The translations under genes and the position numbers were made by a program. From Candidatus Latescibacterota bacterium (GTDB taxonomy: Bacteria; Latescibacterota; UBA2968; UBA8231), in contig CBDFJF010000002.1 of NCBI GenBank assembly GCA_965248265.1, positions 608,001 to 672,000 on the forward strand: DNA of 64,000 bases. The letters are read 5' to 3'. Of the stretch, positions 1 to 9,397 are shown in pieces. The notes below the pieces were generated by a model. That model worked only from the letters and a program-made list of their open reading frames with translations, had not been told where the DNA came from and ran no database searches. Numbering within the stretch: the first letter of the stretch is position 1; every line of letters begins with the position of its first letter.

Positions 1-2
1 CC

Positions 3-710
3 CCCCAGATCAACGACTTCGACCGCATCCTCGATTCCTACAACCTGGTTCTCAATCCCACTCGGGCAAAGATGTTGTGGGACGACGAGAATTTCTATTT
101 CGCCTTCGCCTGTCAGGATGCGGACATCTGGGCGATTTACCAGCACGACGACGACAAGCTCTGGGAAGAGGAAGTCGTCGAGGTCTTCATCGATCCTGAT
201 GGCGACGGACGCAACTACCTGGAACTGGAAGTCAATCCACAGAATACGGTCGTGGATTTGAGCATCCAGCAGTTGACTCCCACATGGGAGGCCGACATGG
301 ATTGGGATATCGCCGGGCTGCGGTCCGCTGTTCGGGTTCAAGGTACTGTCAACGATTCTCTGAGTCAGGATCAGGGCTGGACGGTCGAAATCGCGATCCC
401 CTGGTCCGCGATGGTTCCCCGAATCGGTGGTGGTGGGCGGCCCAATCCGGGCGACACATGGCGTCTAAATCTCTATCGAATCGAGCGCAAAGCCGGCCGT
501 GAGGTAATGCGCCAGATCCGATCGCTAAGGGAGCAGATAGAGGAATTGTCCCGGGACAGTGGGGAATCTGAAACAGAACAATTGCAGGAACGACTCAGTA
601 AGCTGGTCGCCCACTTCGACGATCAGACGGAACACACTGCCTGGAGCGAAACCCACCAGAGAGGATTTCACCATCCGGAACGTTTCGGCGTTGTGCAGTT
701 CGCGGAATAA
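3..710 (+). CDS. Carbohydrate-binding family 9-like (CBM9-like) protein, 5' partial
   Basis: Frame is open to the window edge. Motifs AKMLWDDENFYFAF, LWEEEVVEVFIDPDGDG, YLELEVNP, WTVEIAIPW, WRLNLYR and FHHPERFG are typical of the family. Confidence 0.8.
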   Translation, partial: PQINDFDRILDSYNLVLNPTRAKMLWDDENFYFAFACQDADIWAIYQHDDDKLWEEEVVEVFIDPDGDGRNYLELEVNPQNTVVDLSIQQLTPTWEADMDWDIAGLRSAVRVQGTVNDSLSQDQGWTVEIAIPWSAMVPRIGGGGRPNPGDTWRLNLYRIERKAGREVMRQIRSLREQIEELSRDSGESETEQLQERLSKLVAHFDDQTEHTAWSETHQRGFHHPERFGVVQFAE

Positions 711-777
711 CCTCAAATGGATTCGCTTCATGCGATCCCGTTTTAACTCTACGGGTAGGGTAAAGAAAGGTGCTTCG

Positions 778-3165
778 ATGAGTTGTTTCAGGCCGATTTG
801 GGTGAGCTGTCTGGTAGTCCTACTGTCGTCGCCAGTGGCGTCCGCTGAAGTCAATCAGGGGAGTGTCAGCGGTCGCGTCGTCGACGTTGCCACCAAGCAT
901 CCTATCCCGGATGCGTCGGTGACCATCTACGGAACGAATGTCGGGACTGTTACGGACCAGGACGGCAGGTTCAACCTTGCAGGGATGAACGAAGGGCTGT
1001 ACAAGCTCGAATTCAGTCACATCGCCTATCACCGCTTTCTCGAAACCGATGTCCGAGTCGTGCGCAACAAGACGACCTCCGTCGAAGAGATCGAGCTTGC
1101 TCCCGCCATCATGATGGCTGCGGAGGTGACCGTTTCCACGACCTCCTTTCAAGAAAATCCGCAGGCCCCGGTCTCCCACTTCACCTATACCCGTGAAGAA
1201 ATCCGGCGCACACCGGGTGCCACCGGTGATGTCTTCCGCGCCATGGAGACCCTGCCTGGGGTGAGCACGTCCGGAGGTGAGTTCTCAGCCTTTTCGGTGC
1301 GCGGCAACAGTCCCACCGAGAACATCATCCTCATCGACAACATCCCCTTCGACAAGGTCAGCCACTTCGACGGCGGCAGCAGCGAGGAGCAGGAGAAACA
1401 GGGCGGCCGCTTCAGCATCTTCGCTCCCAACCTGATCGAGGATGCGCGTTTCCAGGCGGGAGGCTTCTCCGCGGCCTACGGGGGCAAGCTGGCCTCCTTT
1501 CTCGACCTCAAGCTGCGCGAGGCGAATCTGGAGGATGCCACGCTCGACGGACGCTTCGATGTGACCGGCTGGGAGGCGAACTACGACGGCCCCGTCAACG
1601 CCGTTCCCGGCACCGGGATCATCGTGTCGGCGCGCCACACCAATTTCACGCGGATTCTCGAGCTCACCGGCCAGGATGAGTTCGGCCGGCCGCGATTCAC
1701 CGACCTGATTTTCAAGACCACTACCGACCTGAATTCGCGGCACAAGATATCCGTTCTTGGTATTCACGCCCCGGAAAAGTTCAACCAGGAGACCGAACAT
1801 GTCTTCAAGAGCGACGACTTCGCGGCGCGTGACCTGGTGGACTTTGATGAATCAAAGTCACTGCTGGGACTGAACTGGCGCTACTTGGCCGGAACGTCCT
1901 GTGTGCTGCAGACGAACGTGTACGCGAGAAGGACTGATCGCCAGGCGCGTTTGGGTGCAGCAGATCCCATTCCGGGCATAGCCGCCGACGTGAGATCGGT
2001 CGATGACTTCACGCTACGCCAGCGCATCAGTGAGGATCTTGACGAGATCGAGGTGGGAACCCGCTCGACGTTCACCCACGCGATGGGTCAGGGAAACCAA
2101 CTTTCGTTCGGAATCGAAGGCAGCCGCTCGCGCTATGATCGAACAATCCTGCAAAACGGCCAGGATACGCTCTACGTCTTCGACAGCGACGACTTCCGGG
2201 TCAGCCCGGATCAACGATTCATCGTCACTACCCCGGAACAGATCGACTCGCGCTTCGATGGCACCCGGAGTCTGTTCGCCACGTTCGCCGAGTGGTCGCT
2301 GACTCCGGTGCAGCGCTTGACCGTGAACGCCGGAGCGCGCTACGAGTTTAACCAGCTGAACAGTCGCAACTATGTATCGCCGCGTCTGAGCTTGACTTTC
2401 CGTCTCACTGGCCGCACCCGGTTGAACTTGGCCACGGGTGTATACTATCAGACGCCTGACATCGACGTGGCTACTGCCGCAGCGCAAAACGAGGGGCTCA
2501 AGAACGAGAGGGCGCTGCATTTCATCACGGGAGTCAGCCACTACCTGCGTGACGACGTCAAGCTCACGTCAGAGGTGTACGCCAAGCAGTTCGATGACTT
2601 GATCGTGCATCCGGATCGGACCAGCCAGGTGCGCACGAATGCGGGCGAGGGCTGGGCGCGCGGCGTCGATCTCAGCCTGATAAAGCGGCTGGTGGATCAG
2701 TTTTACGGACAGATCAACTATTCGTTTGCCAAGAGCCGGCGCAACGACAACGACGGCCTGGAAAGCTACGACTCGGATTTCAACCAGCCGCATATCTTCA
2801 GCGTGCTGGGCGGGTACGAGATAAACAAGTCGTGGGCTATTTCGGCGAAATGGCGGTACGCCACTGGACGCCCACGCGACTCTTCCATCGTCCACACAGA
2901 TGTCTTCGACGATCCTGACCATGTGCGTTATTCACAGGAAATCATCTCCAATAACGGTGATCGCCTGACGGCCTTTCACACCTTCAACATTCGCGTCGAC
3001 CACCGGACCCAGTTGGGGCGCTTCGCGCTGGTGGGGTTTCTGGATATCGTCAATGTCTACGACCACCTCAATGTCAATGAGCAGCGCTTTCAGCCGCTGA
3101 CCGGAACCATCGACGAGCGCGGGTTCGGGGTGCTTCCTACCATCGGATTGAAGTTGGAACTCTGA
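778..3165 (+). CDS. TonB-dependent receptor with N-terminal carboxypeptidase-regulatory-like domain
   Basis: ATG at 778 follows AAAGAAAGG. Signal peptide, GSVSGRVVD..GTVTDQDGRF N-domain, plug (TLPGVS, VRGNSPTEN, GGFSAAYGG) and beta-barrel ending IGLKLEL. Confidence 0.9.
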   Translation: MSCFRPIWVSCLVVLLSSPVASAEVNQGSVSGRVVDVATKHPIPDASVTIYGTNVGTVTDQDGRFNLAGMNEGLYKLEFSHIAYHRFLETDVRVVRNKTTSVEEIELAPAIMMAAEVTVSTTSFQENPQAPVSHFTYTREEIRRTPGATGDVFRAMETLPGVSTSGGEFSAFSVRGNSPTENIILIDNIPFDKVSHFDGGSSEEQEKQGGRFSIFAPNLIEDARFQAGGFSAAYGGKLASFLDLKLREANLEDATLDGRFDVTGWEANYDGPVNAVPGTGIIVSARHTNFTRILELTGQDEFGRPRFTDLIFKTTTDLNSRHKISVLGIHAPEKFNQETEHVFKSDDFAARDLVDFDESKSLLGLNWRYLAGTSCVLQTNVYARRTDRQARLGAADPIPGIAADVRSVDDFTLRQRISEDLDEIEVGTRSTFTHAMGQGNQLSFGIEGSRSRYDRTILQNGQDTLYVFDSDDFRVSPDQRFIVTTPEQIDSRFDGTRSLFATFAEWSLTPVQRLTVNAGARYEFNQLNSRNYVSPRLSLTFRLTGRTRLNLATGVYYQTPDIDVATAAAQNEGLKNERALHFITGVSHYLRDDVKLTSEVYAKQFDDLIVHPDRTSQVRTNAGEGWARGVDLSLIKRLVDQFYGQINYSFAKSRRNDNDGLESYDSDFNQPHIFSVLGGYEINKSWAISAKWRYATGRPRDSSIVHTDVFDDPDHVRYSQEIISNNGDRLTAFHTFNIRVDHRTQLGRFALVGFLDIVNVYDHLNVNEQRFQPLTGTIDERGFGVLPTIGLKLEL

Positions 3166-3285
3166 GGCGGGGCATCGACGGATGGCTGCCGCCGTGGTGG
3201 GTTCATGGAGCAGAAATATGTCGGACATCGAGACAGTCGCTGATTACACGGTGCGAACCATCAACCACCCGCGTCGGAGCCGAGC

Positions 3286-4218
3286 ATGAGAACATTCACG
3301 CGTACACCATACTATTCGGGACCGGATGACCCGGAGATCGGGCGCGTCCGGGGGCCACTTCAGCTGGGGGAGACGGTCATCATCGAGACCGTGGGTGGGC
3401 ATGACCAGGATTATGCGAACAACCACCCGCACCGCGCCGGCGCTGTCATGGAGGTGCTGGAGAAGCGGCATTCACGTCAGGGTGGGCCGTTCTACATTGA
3501 CGGCATCGAACCCGGCGACTGGGTCTCCATCGAGATCATCGACATCGATGTCGGTCCATACGGTTTTTACCGCAACGGAGGACCTCACTGGGGCAGCATC
3601 CGGCTGATCGCTCCGATGAAGGATGGTCTCGTCCACTTTCCTCCCGACTTCGTGGTCCCGGTACGGCCGATGATCGGTTTCATATCGCTGGCATCAGTGG
3701 CTCCCTACGAGAATGACACCGGCGGCAACACCGACTTTAACTCCTACATCGCCGGCAGCACCGTACACATCAAGGCCCAGAAGGAAGGCGGACTGATGCT
3801 GCTTACGGACGTGCATGCGCGCATGGGAGATGGAGAGTTGACGGGCACCGGCGTGGAGATTGATTCCGCCATCACTTTAAGGGTGGACAGATCGCCGGGG
3901 TTTCCCTGCAGCAGTCCGGTTGTCGAGAAAACCAGGCACGTAGAGCCGGAGCGAGAATGGTTGACGAGTGGAAGGGGAGCGAACTGGGAAGAGGCGCTGA
4001 AGATCGCGTGGTCGGAGATGGTGGGGCTGGTCGCAGCCGAGTACGGTACCACCACGGAGTACGCCAACCTGATTGTCGGAACGATTGCAGATGCCCGGCC
4101 CGGGTACGCGGCCGGGGGGTTGTGCGCTCGCGGCCGTCTCCGAGAAACCTCCAATGTCACCTGTCAGCTGGCGGTAACCAAGGAACTGCGGCGTACTGGT
4201 CAGCCGTTCGAACCATAG
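3286..4218 (+). CDS. Acetamidase/formamidase family protein
   Basis: GPFYIDGIEPGD, PVRPMIG, GGNTD and DVHARMGDGELTGTGVE metal-binding motifs; GGAG RBS upstream. Confidence 0.85.
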   Translation: MRTFTRTPYYSGPDDPEIGRVRGPLQLGETVIIETVGGHDQDYANNHPHRAGAVMEVLEKRHSRQGGPFYIDGIEPGDWVSIEIIDIDVGPYGFYRNGGPHWGSIRLIAPMKDGLVHFPPDFVVPVRPMIGFISLASVAPYENDTGGNTDFNSYIAGSTVHIKAQKEGGLMLLTDVHARMGDGELTGTGVEIDSAITLRVDRSPGFPCSSPVVEKTRHVEPEREWLTSGRGANWEEALKIAWSEMVGLVAAEYGTTTEYANLIVGTIADARPGYAAGGLCARGRLRETSNVTCQLAVTKELRRTGQPFEP

Positions 4219-4340
4219 ATCGCGGTCCCGCAGAAGGTCTGCGTCCAGCTTGCAGAATCACGTGCAGTAACTGCATCTTGGAGTCCAGAGTTGCGGTGCT
4301 TTCCCCGAACCCGGACCAACGCTGAGAGGTTGACCAGGTT

Positions 4341-6083
4341 ATGAATGTCCTACTCGTCGTTATCGCCGGCTTCGTCGTCTTCGGCCTGGCCAGCCGGTAC
4401 TACGGCAATTGGGTAGCGCGCCAGGTCGGCGTCGATCCATCCAATCCGACCCCTGCAGAGCAGATCAACGACGGTCGCGACTACGTGCCGACGCGGACCT
4501 CCGTCGTCTTCGCCCATCACTTCTCCAGCATCGCCGGAGCCGGGCCGATCATCGGTCCAACGCTGGCGGCAATTTACGGTTTTGTGCCGGCAGTGGCGTG
4601 GGTCGTTCTGGGCGGCATTTTCATCGGGGCCGTGCATGATTTCACCGCCCTGTTTGCCAGCATGCGCGAGGGTGGCAAGTCGATGGCGGAGATCGCCCAC
4701 AAGTCGATGGGGCGCGCCGGGTTCGCGCTGTTTCTGCTGTTCACCATTGTCATGATCGTCCTGATCACGGCCGTCTTCCTCAAGTTGACGGCGACGGCAC
4801 TCACCTCATTGTGGCCATTGGAGAAACTGCAGCTCGACGCCAGCCAAACGTTGCTTAAAACGCAGAGCAGTGATGGCAAGACGATGGCACAGATCGGAGG
4901 AATAGCATCCACCTCCGTCATCATGGTAACCGCTCTGGCACCTTTGCTGGGGTACCTGCTCTATCGCCGCGGAATCGCAACCGGTTTGGCCTATGGGCTG
5001 AGCGCCATTCTCTGCGCTGGCTCGGTTTACTGCGGGATCAGTTTACCTCTTCAGATTGAACCGATGACATGGATGGTCATCATTTCCGTTTACGTCCTGT
5101 TCGCCGCCGGGGCGCCGGTGTGGGTCATTTTGCAGCCGCGGGACTTCATCAATTCGCAGATACTCTACGGGGGCATGCTGCTGATGTTCGGCGCTCTGGT
5201 CCTGGGCGGGTTCAGCGGTCTTTCGATCAGCTTTCCATCGTTCAATCTCTCAGGAGGTCTGGAGCAACTCGGCGTCATCTGGCCGATGATGTTCATTACC
5301 ATCGCCTGCGGCGCCATCTCCGGGTTCCATTGCCTGGTATCATCCGGAACCACAAGCAAGCAGTGCAGCAGGGAACAGGACGCCAAGCGGATCGGCTTTG
5401 ACGGCATGCTGCTGGAGTGCGTCCTGGCATTGTTCGTCCTGCTCGCCATCGGCAGTGCGCTGGGTTTCGAAGACTATCGCAACGTCGTCTGGGAGGAGGG
5501 CAACCCCGTTCTGGGTTTCGCCCTGGCAGCGGGCAGGCTCATCAACGACGGACTCGGGTTCGTGCCGGTGGCTCTCGGGACCGTCTTCGGCATTCTGATG
5601 CTGGAGGGCTTCCTGGTCACCACTCTCGATTCGGCCGTGCGCCTGAACCGCTACCTGTTCGAAGAGTTATGGGACCTGATCTTCGACCAGCCACCAGCCT
5701 TCATGAAGAAGTACTGGTTCAACGCTGGGCTTGCTGTTGCACTGATGTGGGTACTGGCGTCATCGAACGCAGCCACGTCTATATGGCCTGTGTTCGGCAG
5801 CAGTAATCAGTTGCTGGCGGCGCTGGCCCTGCTGGTGGTTTCGACCTGGTTGTTGAATCGTGGCACCACGCCGTGGTTCACGCTGATCCCGGCGGCGTTT
5901 ATGATGGCGACGACCCTGTACTCGCTGGTGTTGCTGCTGCAGCGGCACATTCCCGCCGGTAACTACATGCTCGTGTTCGCCGACTGTGTGCTGATGTTGC
6001 TGGCGTTGGGAGTGATCGGCATTGCCCTGAAGACGCACGCTCGCAGACGCGCGGTTCCGGCAGGCACTGCGGCTGGTGATTGA
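4341..6083 (+). CDS. cstA: Carbon starvation protein A family transporter
   Basis: TPAEQINDGRDYVPT, FAHHFSSIAGAGPIIGP, FITIACGAISGFH, TTLDSAVRL and IWPVFGSSNQLLA; many TM helices. Confidence 0.93.
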   Translation: MNVLLVVIAGFVVFGLASRYYGNWVARQVGVDPSNPTPAEQINDGRDYVPTRTSVVFAHHFSSIAGAGPIIGPTLAAIYGFVPAVAWVVLGGIFIGAVHDFTALFASMREGGKSMAEIAHKSMGRAGFALFLLFTIVMIVLITAVFLKLTATALTSLWPLEKLQLDASQTLLKTQSSDGKTMAQIGGIASTSVIMVTALAPLLGYLLYRRGIATGLAYGLSAILCAGSVYCGISLPLQIEPMTWMVIISVYVLFAAGAPVWVILQPRDFINSQILYGGMLLMFGALVLGGFSGLSISFPSFNLSGGLEQLGVIWPMMFITIACGAISGFHCLVSSGTTSKQCSREQDAKRIGFDGMLLECVLALFVLLAIGSALGFEDYRNVVWEEGNPVLGFALAAGRLINDGLGFVPVALGTVFGILMLEGFLVTTLDSAVRLNRYLFEELWDLIFDQPPAFMKKYWFNAGLAVALMWVLASSNAATSIWPVFGSSNQLLAALALLVVSTWLLNRGTTPWFTLIPAAFMMATTLYSLVLLLQRHIPAGNYMLVFADCVLMLLALGVIGIALKTHARRRAVPAGTAAGD

Positions 6084-6094
6084 AGGGAGCTCGA

Positions 6095-6970
6095 TCAGGG
6101 CTCGGCCATGAGTTCGATCTCGAACAGCCAGGGCCACAGTTTTCCTGTCACGAACAGGCGGTCACCCTCCGCGTCGTAAGCGATACCGTTGAGGACGTCG
6201 GCTCGATCGCGTTCCTGGGGTGTCAGCAGGCCCGACATGTCGATCAACCCCAGGACCGCGCCCGTGGTGGGTGATATTCTGGCAATCAAGTCTGTCTGCC
6301 AGATGTTGGCGAAGACCTCGCCATTGACGAATTCGAGCTCGTTCAGGTTGTCGAGCGGGGTGCCGTCAATGATGACTTCCACCTGGGAGAGCTTTTCAAA
6401 ACTCCCGGGGTCTCGAAAGTAGAGCTTCGCCGAGCCGTCGCTCATGATCACGCGGTCGCCGTCGAATGTGAGGCCCCATCCCAGAGTCTGATAAGCGACG
6501 TCCCCTTGCAGTGCGAAGGTGTCTTTGTCATAGACGAAACCGACGTTCGCACTCAAGGTCAGCTGAATGATGTGCTCTGCCACCAGGGCAATGCCCTCGC
6601 CGAAGTAGCGGTCGTCGAGAATGCGCTCCTGTAGCACCTCACCCGTTTCGAGTTCGACGCGGCGCAGACTCGACCGGCCTTTCAATCCAGTGCCCTCGTA
6701 GAGAACCCCATCGGCGAAAACCAACCCTTGGGTGAATGCATTGACGTCGTGCGGGTAGGAGTTGAGCAACCTGTAGGTGAATCGGGAGGTGCCTTGTTCG
6801 CCGGAATCGCCGTTAGGGGAGCCGGTACCGTTACCGGAGCCGTCGACAGGGTCGGAAGACGAGCAGGATAGCCAATACAGCAGTGCCGCGCTTACCATGA
6901 TGAGCGGCCTGCGATACCATGGGTAGCGGCCAGACGTCGGTGGGGACCGTGAAAGGGATGGCTTGTCCAT
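6095..6970 (-). CDS. Glutaminyl-peptide cyclotransferase (probable lipoprotein)
   Basis: YPHDVNAFTQGL, YEGTGLKGRSSLR, YFGEGI, GWGLT, LNELEF and VLNGIAYD..LFVTGKLWP; lipobox-like WLSC followed by a G/S linker. Confidence 0.92.
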   Translation of the reverse strand: MDKPSLSRSPPTSGRYPWYRRPLIMVSAALLYWLSCSSSDPVDGSGNGTGSPNGDSGEQGTSRFTYRLLNSYPHDVNAFTQGLVFADGVLYEGTGLKGRSSLRRVELETGEVLQERILDDRYFGEGIALVAEHIIQLTLSANVGFVYDKDTFALQGDVAYQTLGWGLTFDGDRVIMSDGSAKLYFRDPGSFEKLSQVEVIIDGTPLDNLNELEFVNGEVFANIWQTDLIARISPTTGAVLGLIDMSGLLTPQERDRADVLNGIAYDAEGDRLFVTGKLWPWLFEIELMAEP

Positions 6971-6977
6971 CTGAAAA

Positions 6978-7006
6978 AAGCTAACGGTTGCCGCAAGGAG
7001 TGTCGA
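6978..7006 (-). promoter_or_regulatory. Sigma70-like promoter for the glutaminyl cyclase gene (TCGACA-17-TAGCTT), 7 nt before the ATG
   Basis: Plus-strand TGTCGA at 7001-7006 and AAGCTA at 6978-6983. Confidence 0.5.
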
Positions 7007-7017
7007 GACAGTACACT
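6988..7017 (+). promoter_or_regulatory. Sigma70-like promoter for the M20 peptidase gene (TTGCCG-18-TACACT), 7 nt before the ATG
   Basis: TTGCCG at 6988-6993, TACACT at 7012-7017, ATG at 7025. Confidence 0.55.
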
Positions 7018-7024
7018 CGCGACC

Positions 7025-8404
7025 ATGGAAAACGACAGATTGCCCTCCGACAGCCTCGACTCGGAAGCTGTTCGAGGAGAGGTAACCGCCCTGTTACAAG
7101 ATTTACTGCGACTGGATACTACCAATCCGCCCGGTCGGGAAACACAGGCGGCCGAGTACATCGCCGGATTTCTGGAAGGCGAGGGCTTCGATCCAATCGT
7201 CACCGAGTCCGCGCCTGGTCGCGGCAATGTGACGGCGCGCCTGCCAGGTGGTGGCGAGCCACCGCTGCTGCTGCTCGGGCATACGGATGTCGTCGCCGCC
7301 GAGCCCGAACACTGGACTCATCCCCCATTCAGTGGGGCTCTCGAGGACGGCTATATCTGGGGCCGCGGCGCCCTCGACATGAAAAACATGGTGGCCGTCG
7401 AACTCATGGTTCTGCTGCTGTTGAAAAGGCAGGGATTGAAGCTCAATCGCGATCTCCTATTGGCGGCGACCGCTGACGAAGAAGCTGGCAAAGGGGAGCA
7501 CGGACCCGGATGGCTGCTCGACCATCATCCCGAGCAGATCGATGCACCGGTGATTCTGACCGAGGGCGGCGGACATGATCTTACCTTCGGAGCGCAGCGC
7601 TACTATACCTGTCAGCTAGCCCAAAAGGGCATCTGTCGCATGCAGGTGCGATTCACCGGGAGCCCCGGCCATGGCTCCGTACCACACGGTGACAACGCCA
7701 TCGGCAAGCTCTGTCGCGCCATGGCCCTGCTCGACGGTGTCCAGCTTCCCGTCCATATGTCGGCGACCCTGCGTGCGTTCCTGACAGGATTGGCGGCTCG
7801 CCAGCCACCCGATATGGCGCAGGCATTGCAGGCCGTAACGGAACCCGATAACGCGCCCGCGGCCGTCGAGGCTCTGCCCGTCGATGACGCCTTCAAACTG
7901 GAACTGCTGGCGCTGATGGCGAACACGGCTTCGATCACCATGCTCGAGGCCGGCTCCAAGATCAACGTGATTCCCTCGGCAGCCGTGGCTTTCATCGACG
8001 GACGACTGGCACCCGGTCAGACGGCCGAATCGTTGTACGCGGAGCTGCGGGCGGTTTGGGGAGAGGCCGGGCGAGGGGCTGACATCGAAATTCTGCAGCA
8101 CTCGCCACCCCTGGAAGCGGACGCGGAGACCGCTTTCTATAGCACGATTGTCGAGGTCATGGGGCGGCACGATCCTCAGACACCGGTGATTCCATACATG
8201 TCCACGGGCGGTACCGACGCCAAGCACATCTGCCCTCGGCGGCCGGACACGCAGGTCTATGGATTTATGCCCCACCGTGAGACCAGCGCCGGCGAGAGCG
8301 CGACCATCCACGGACATGACGAGCGCACGTCTGTAAACAGCCTGGTGTTTGCTACGAAGGTGATCTACGATCTTGTCTGCAGCTACGGGGGTGCTACTCC
8401 CTGA
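7025..8404 (+). CDS. M20/M25/M40 family metallo-hydrolase (peptidase/deacylase)
   Basis: DTTNPPGRE, GHTDVV, WGRGALDMK, ADEEAG, GHGSVP, GGTDAK and IHGHDER. Confidence 0.92.
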   Translation: MENDRLPSDSLDSEAVRGEVTALLQDLLRLDTTNPPGRETQAAEYIAGFLEGEGFDPIVTESAPGRGNVTARLPGGGEPPLLLLGHTDVVAAEPEHWTHPPFSGALEDGYIWGRGALDMKNMVAVELMVLLLLKRQGLKLNRDLLLAATADEEAGKGEHGPGWLLDHHPEQIDAPVILTEGGGHDLTFGAQRYYTCQLAQKGICRMQVRFTGSPGHGSVPHGDNAIGKLCRAMALLDGVQLPVHMSATLRAFLTGLAARQPPDMAQALQAVTEPDNAPAAVEALPVDDAFKLELLALMANTASITMLEAGSKINVIPSAAVAFIDGRLAPGQTAESLYAELRAVWGEAGRGADIEILQHSPPLEADAETAFYSTIVEVMGRHDPQTPVIPYMSTGGTDAKHICPRRPDTQVYGFMPHRETSAGESATIHGHDERTSVNSLVFATKVIYDLVCSYGGATP

Positions 8405-9376
8405 TCAGCGCTCGTCGCTTTCGAGGTTGAGCCAGCCGCGCTCCGCTTCCGAAAGCTCGATCGACAGGGCGTTGACATTGGCGCGAACCTCATCGGCGTT
8501 GGCATTGCCCACCAGCGGATAGACGTCTAGGGTCGGGTGCTGGATGACCCACGCCAGGGCCAGCTGCGGCACAGACGTGGCCTTCTCCCGCGCCAACTCG
8601 TGTATCCGGTCCAGCCGTTCGAAGTTGGGTTCGTGGTAGTAGGATCGCGCCATGTCCGGGCCTATCTCTCCTCGCATATCCTCGGCATTATCCCTGGTCA
8701 AGCGTCCCGTCAGGAATCCGGTCGACAAGCTTGCCCAGGCGAAGATCGGCATCTCATTATCGGCGTACCACTTGCGGTCCGAGGCGCGCCCCTCTCCGGT
8801 GAGCGATACACAACCGGGCCAGGGCGGTTCCTCCTGCACGGCCAAGCTAAAGTGCGGACTGGTCGCCGTGAATGGGACCAGACTGTGTTTGTCCGCGTAC
8901 TCGTTGGCCTGCTGGGTGCGCTCGACGCTCCAGTTGGAACCCCCGAACGCACCGATGCGTCCGGCACTTTTGTGCTCATTCAGAATCTCGACAATCGGTC
9001 CAACGTCCACGTCGACGTCATCGCGGTGCAGGAAGAACAAGTCGATGTGGTCGGTGTGTTGGCGCGACAGCGAATCGTGCAGGTCGGCGGTGATGTCGAA
9101 GGGGGTGACGCGATTGCGGTCCTGGCTGTAGTGGGCGGCCTTGCCGATGATGAAGAGCTCGTCGCGCTGGCCGCGTGACTCCAACCACTGTCCGAACACA
9201 CGCTCACAGTCACCACCGCCATAGAGGGCTGCCGTGTCGAAGGTGTTGATGCCAGCGGCGAAGACGGCGTCGAGCAAATCGCAACCTGCTTCCGCGTCTT
9301 TCCGCTTCAGCATGATGGTACCCTGGACCAGGCGTGATAGCTTCTTGTCGATCCCCGCGATCTGACCAAATTTCAT
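8405..9376 (-). CDS. Aldo/keto reductase
   Basis: GINTFDTAALYG, IDLFFLHRDD, FGGSNW and QLALAWV; convergent with the M20 gene with no gap. Confidence 0.92.
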   Translation of the reverse strand: MKFGQIAGIDKKLSRLVQGTIMLKRKDAEAGCDLLDAVFAAGINTFDTAALYGGGDCERVFGQWLESRGQRDELFIIGKAAHYSQDRNRVTPFDITADLHDSLSRQHTDHIDLFFLHRDDVDVDVGPIVEILNEHKSAGRIGAFGGSNWSVERTQQANEYADKHSLVPFTATSPHFSLAVQEEPPWPGCVSLTGEGRASDRKWYADNEMPIFAWASLSTGFLTGRLTRDNAEDMRGEIGPDMARSYYHEPNFERLDRIHELAREKATSVPQLALAWVIQHPTLDVYPLVGNANADEVRANVNALSIELSEAERGWLNLESDER

Positions 9377-9397
9377 TTCTTTCCCCTCAACTCCGTG

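Noticed and set aside
559-777. Longer N-terminus for the TonB-dependent receptor (868-aa ORF)
   Set aside because: It overlaps the upstream gene; the SD and signal peptide support the ATG at 778.
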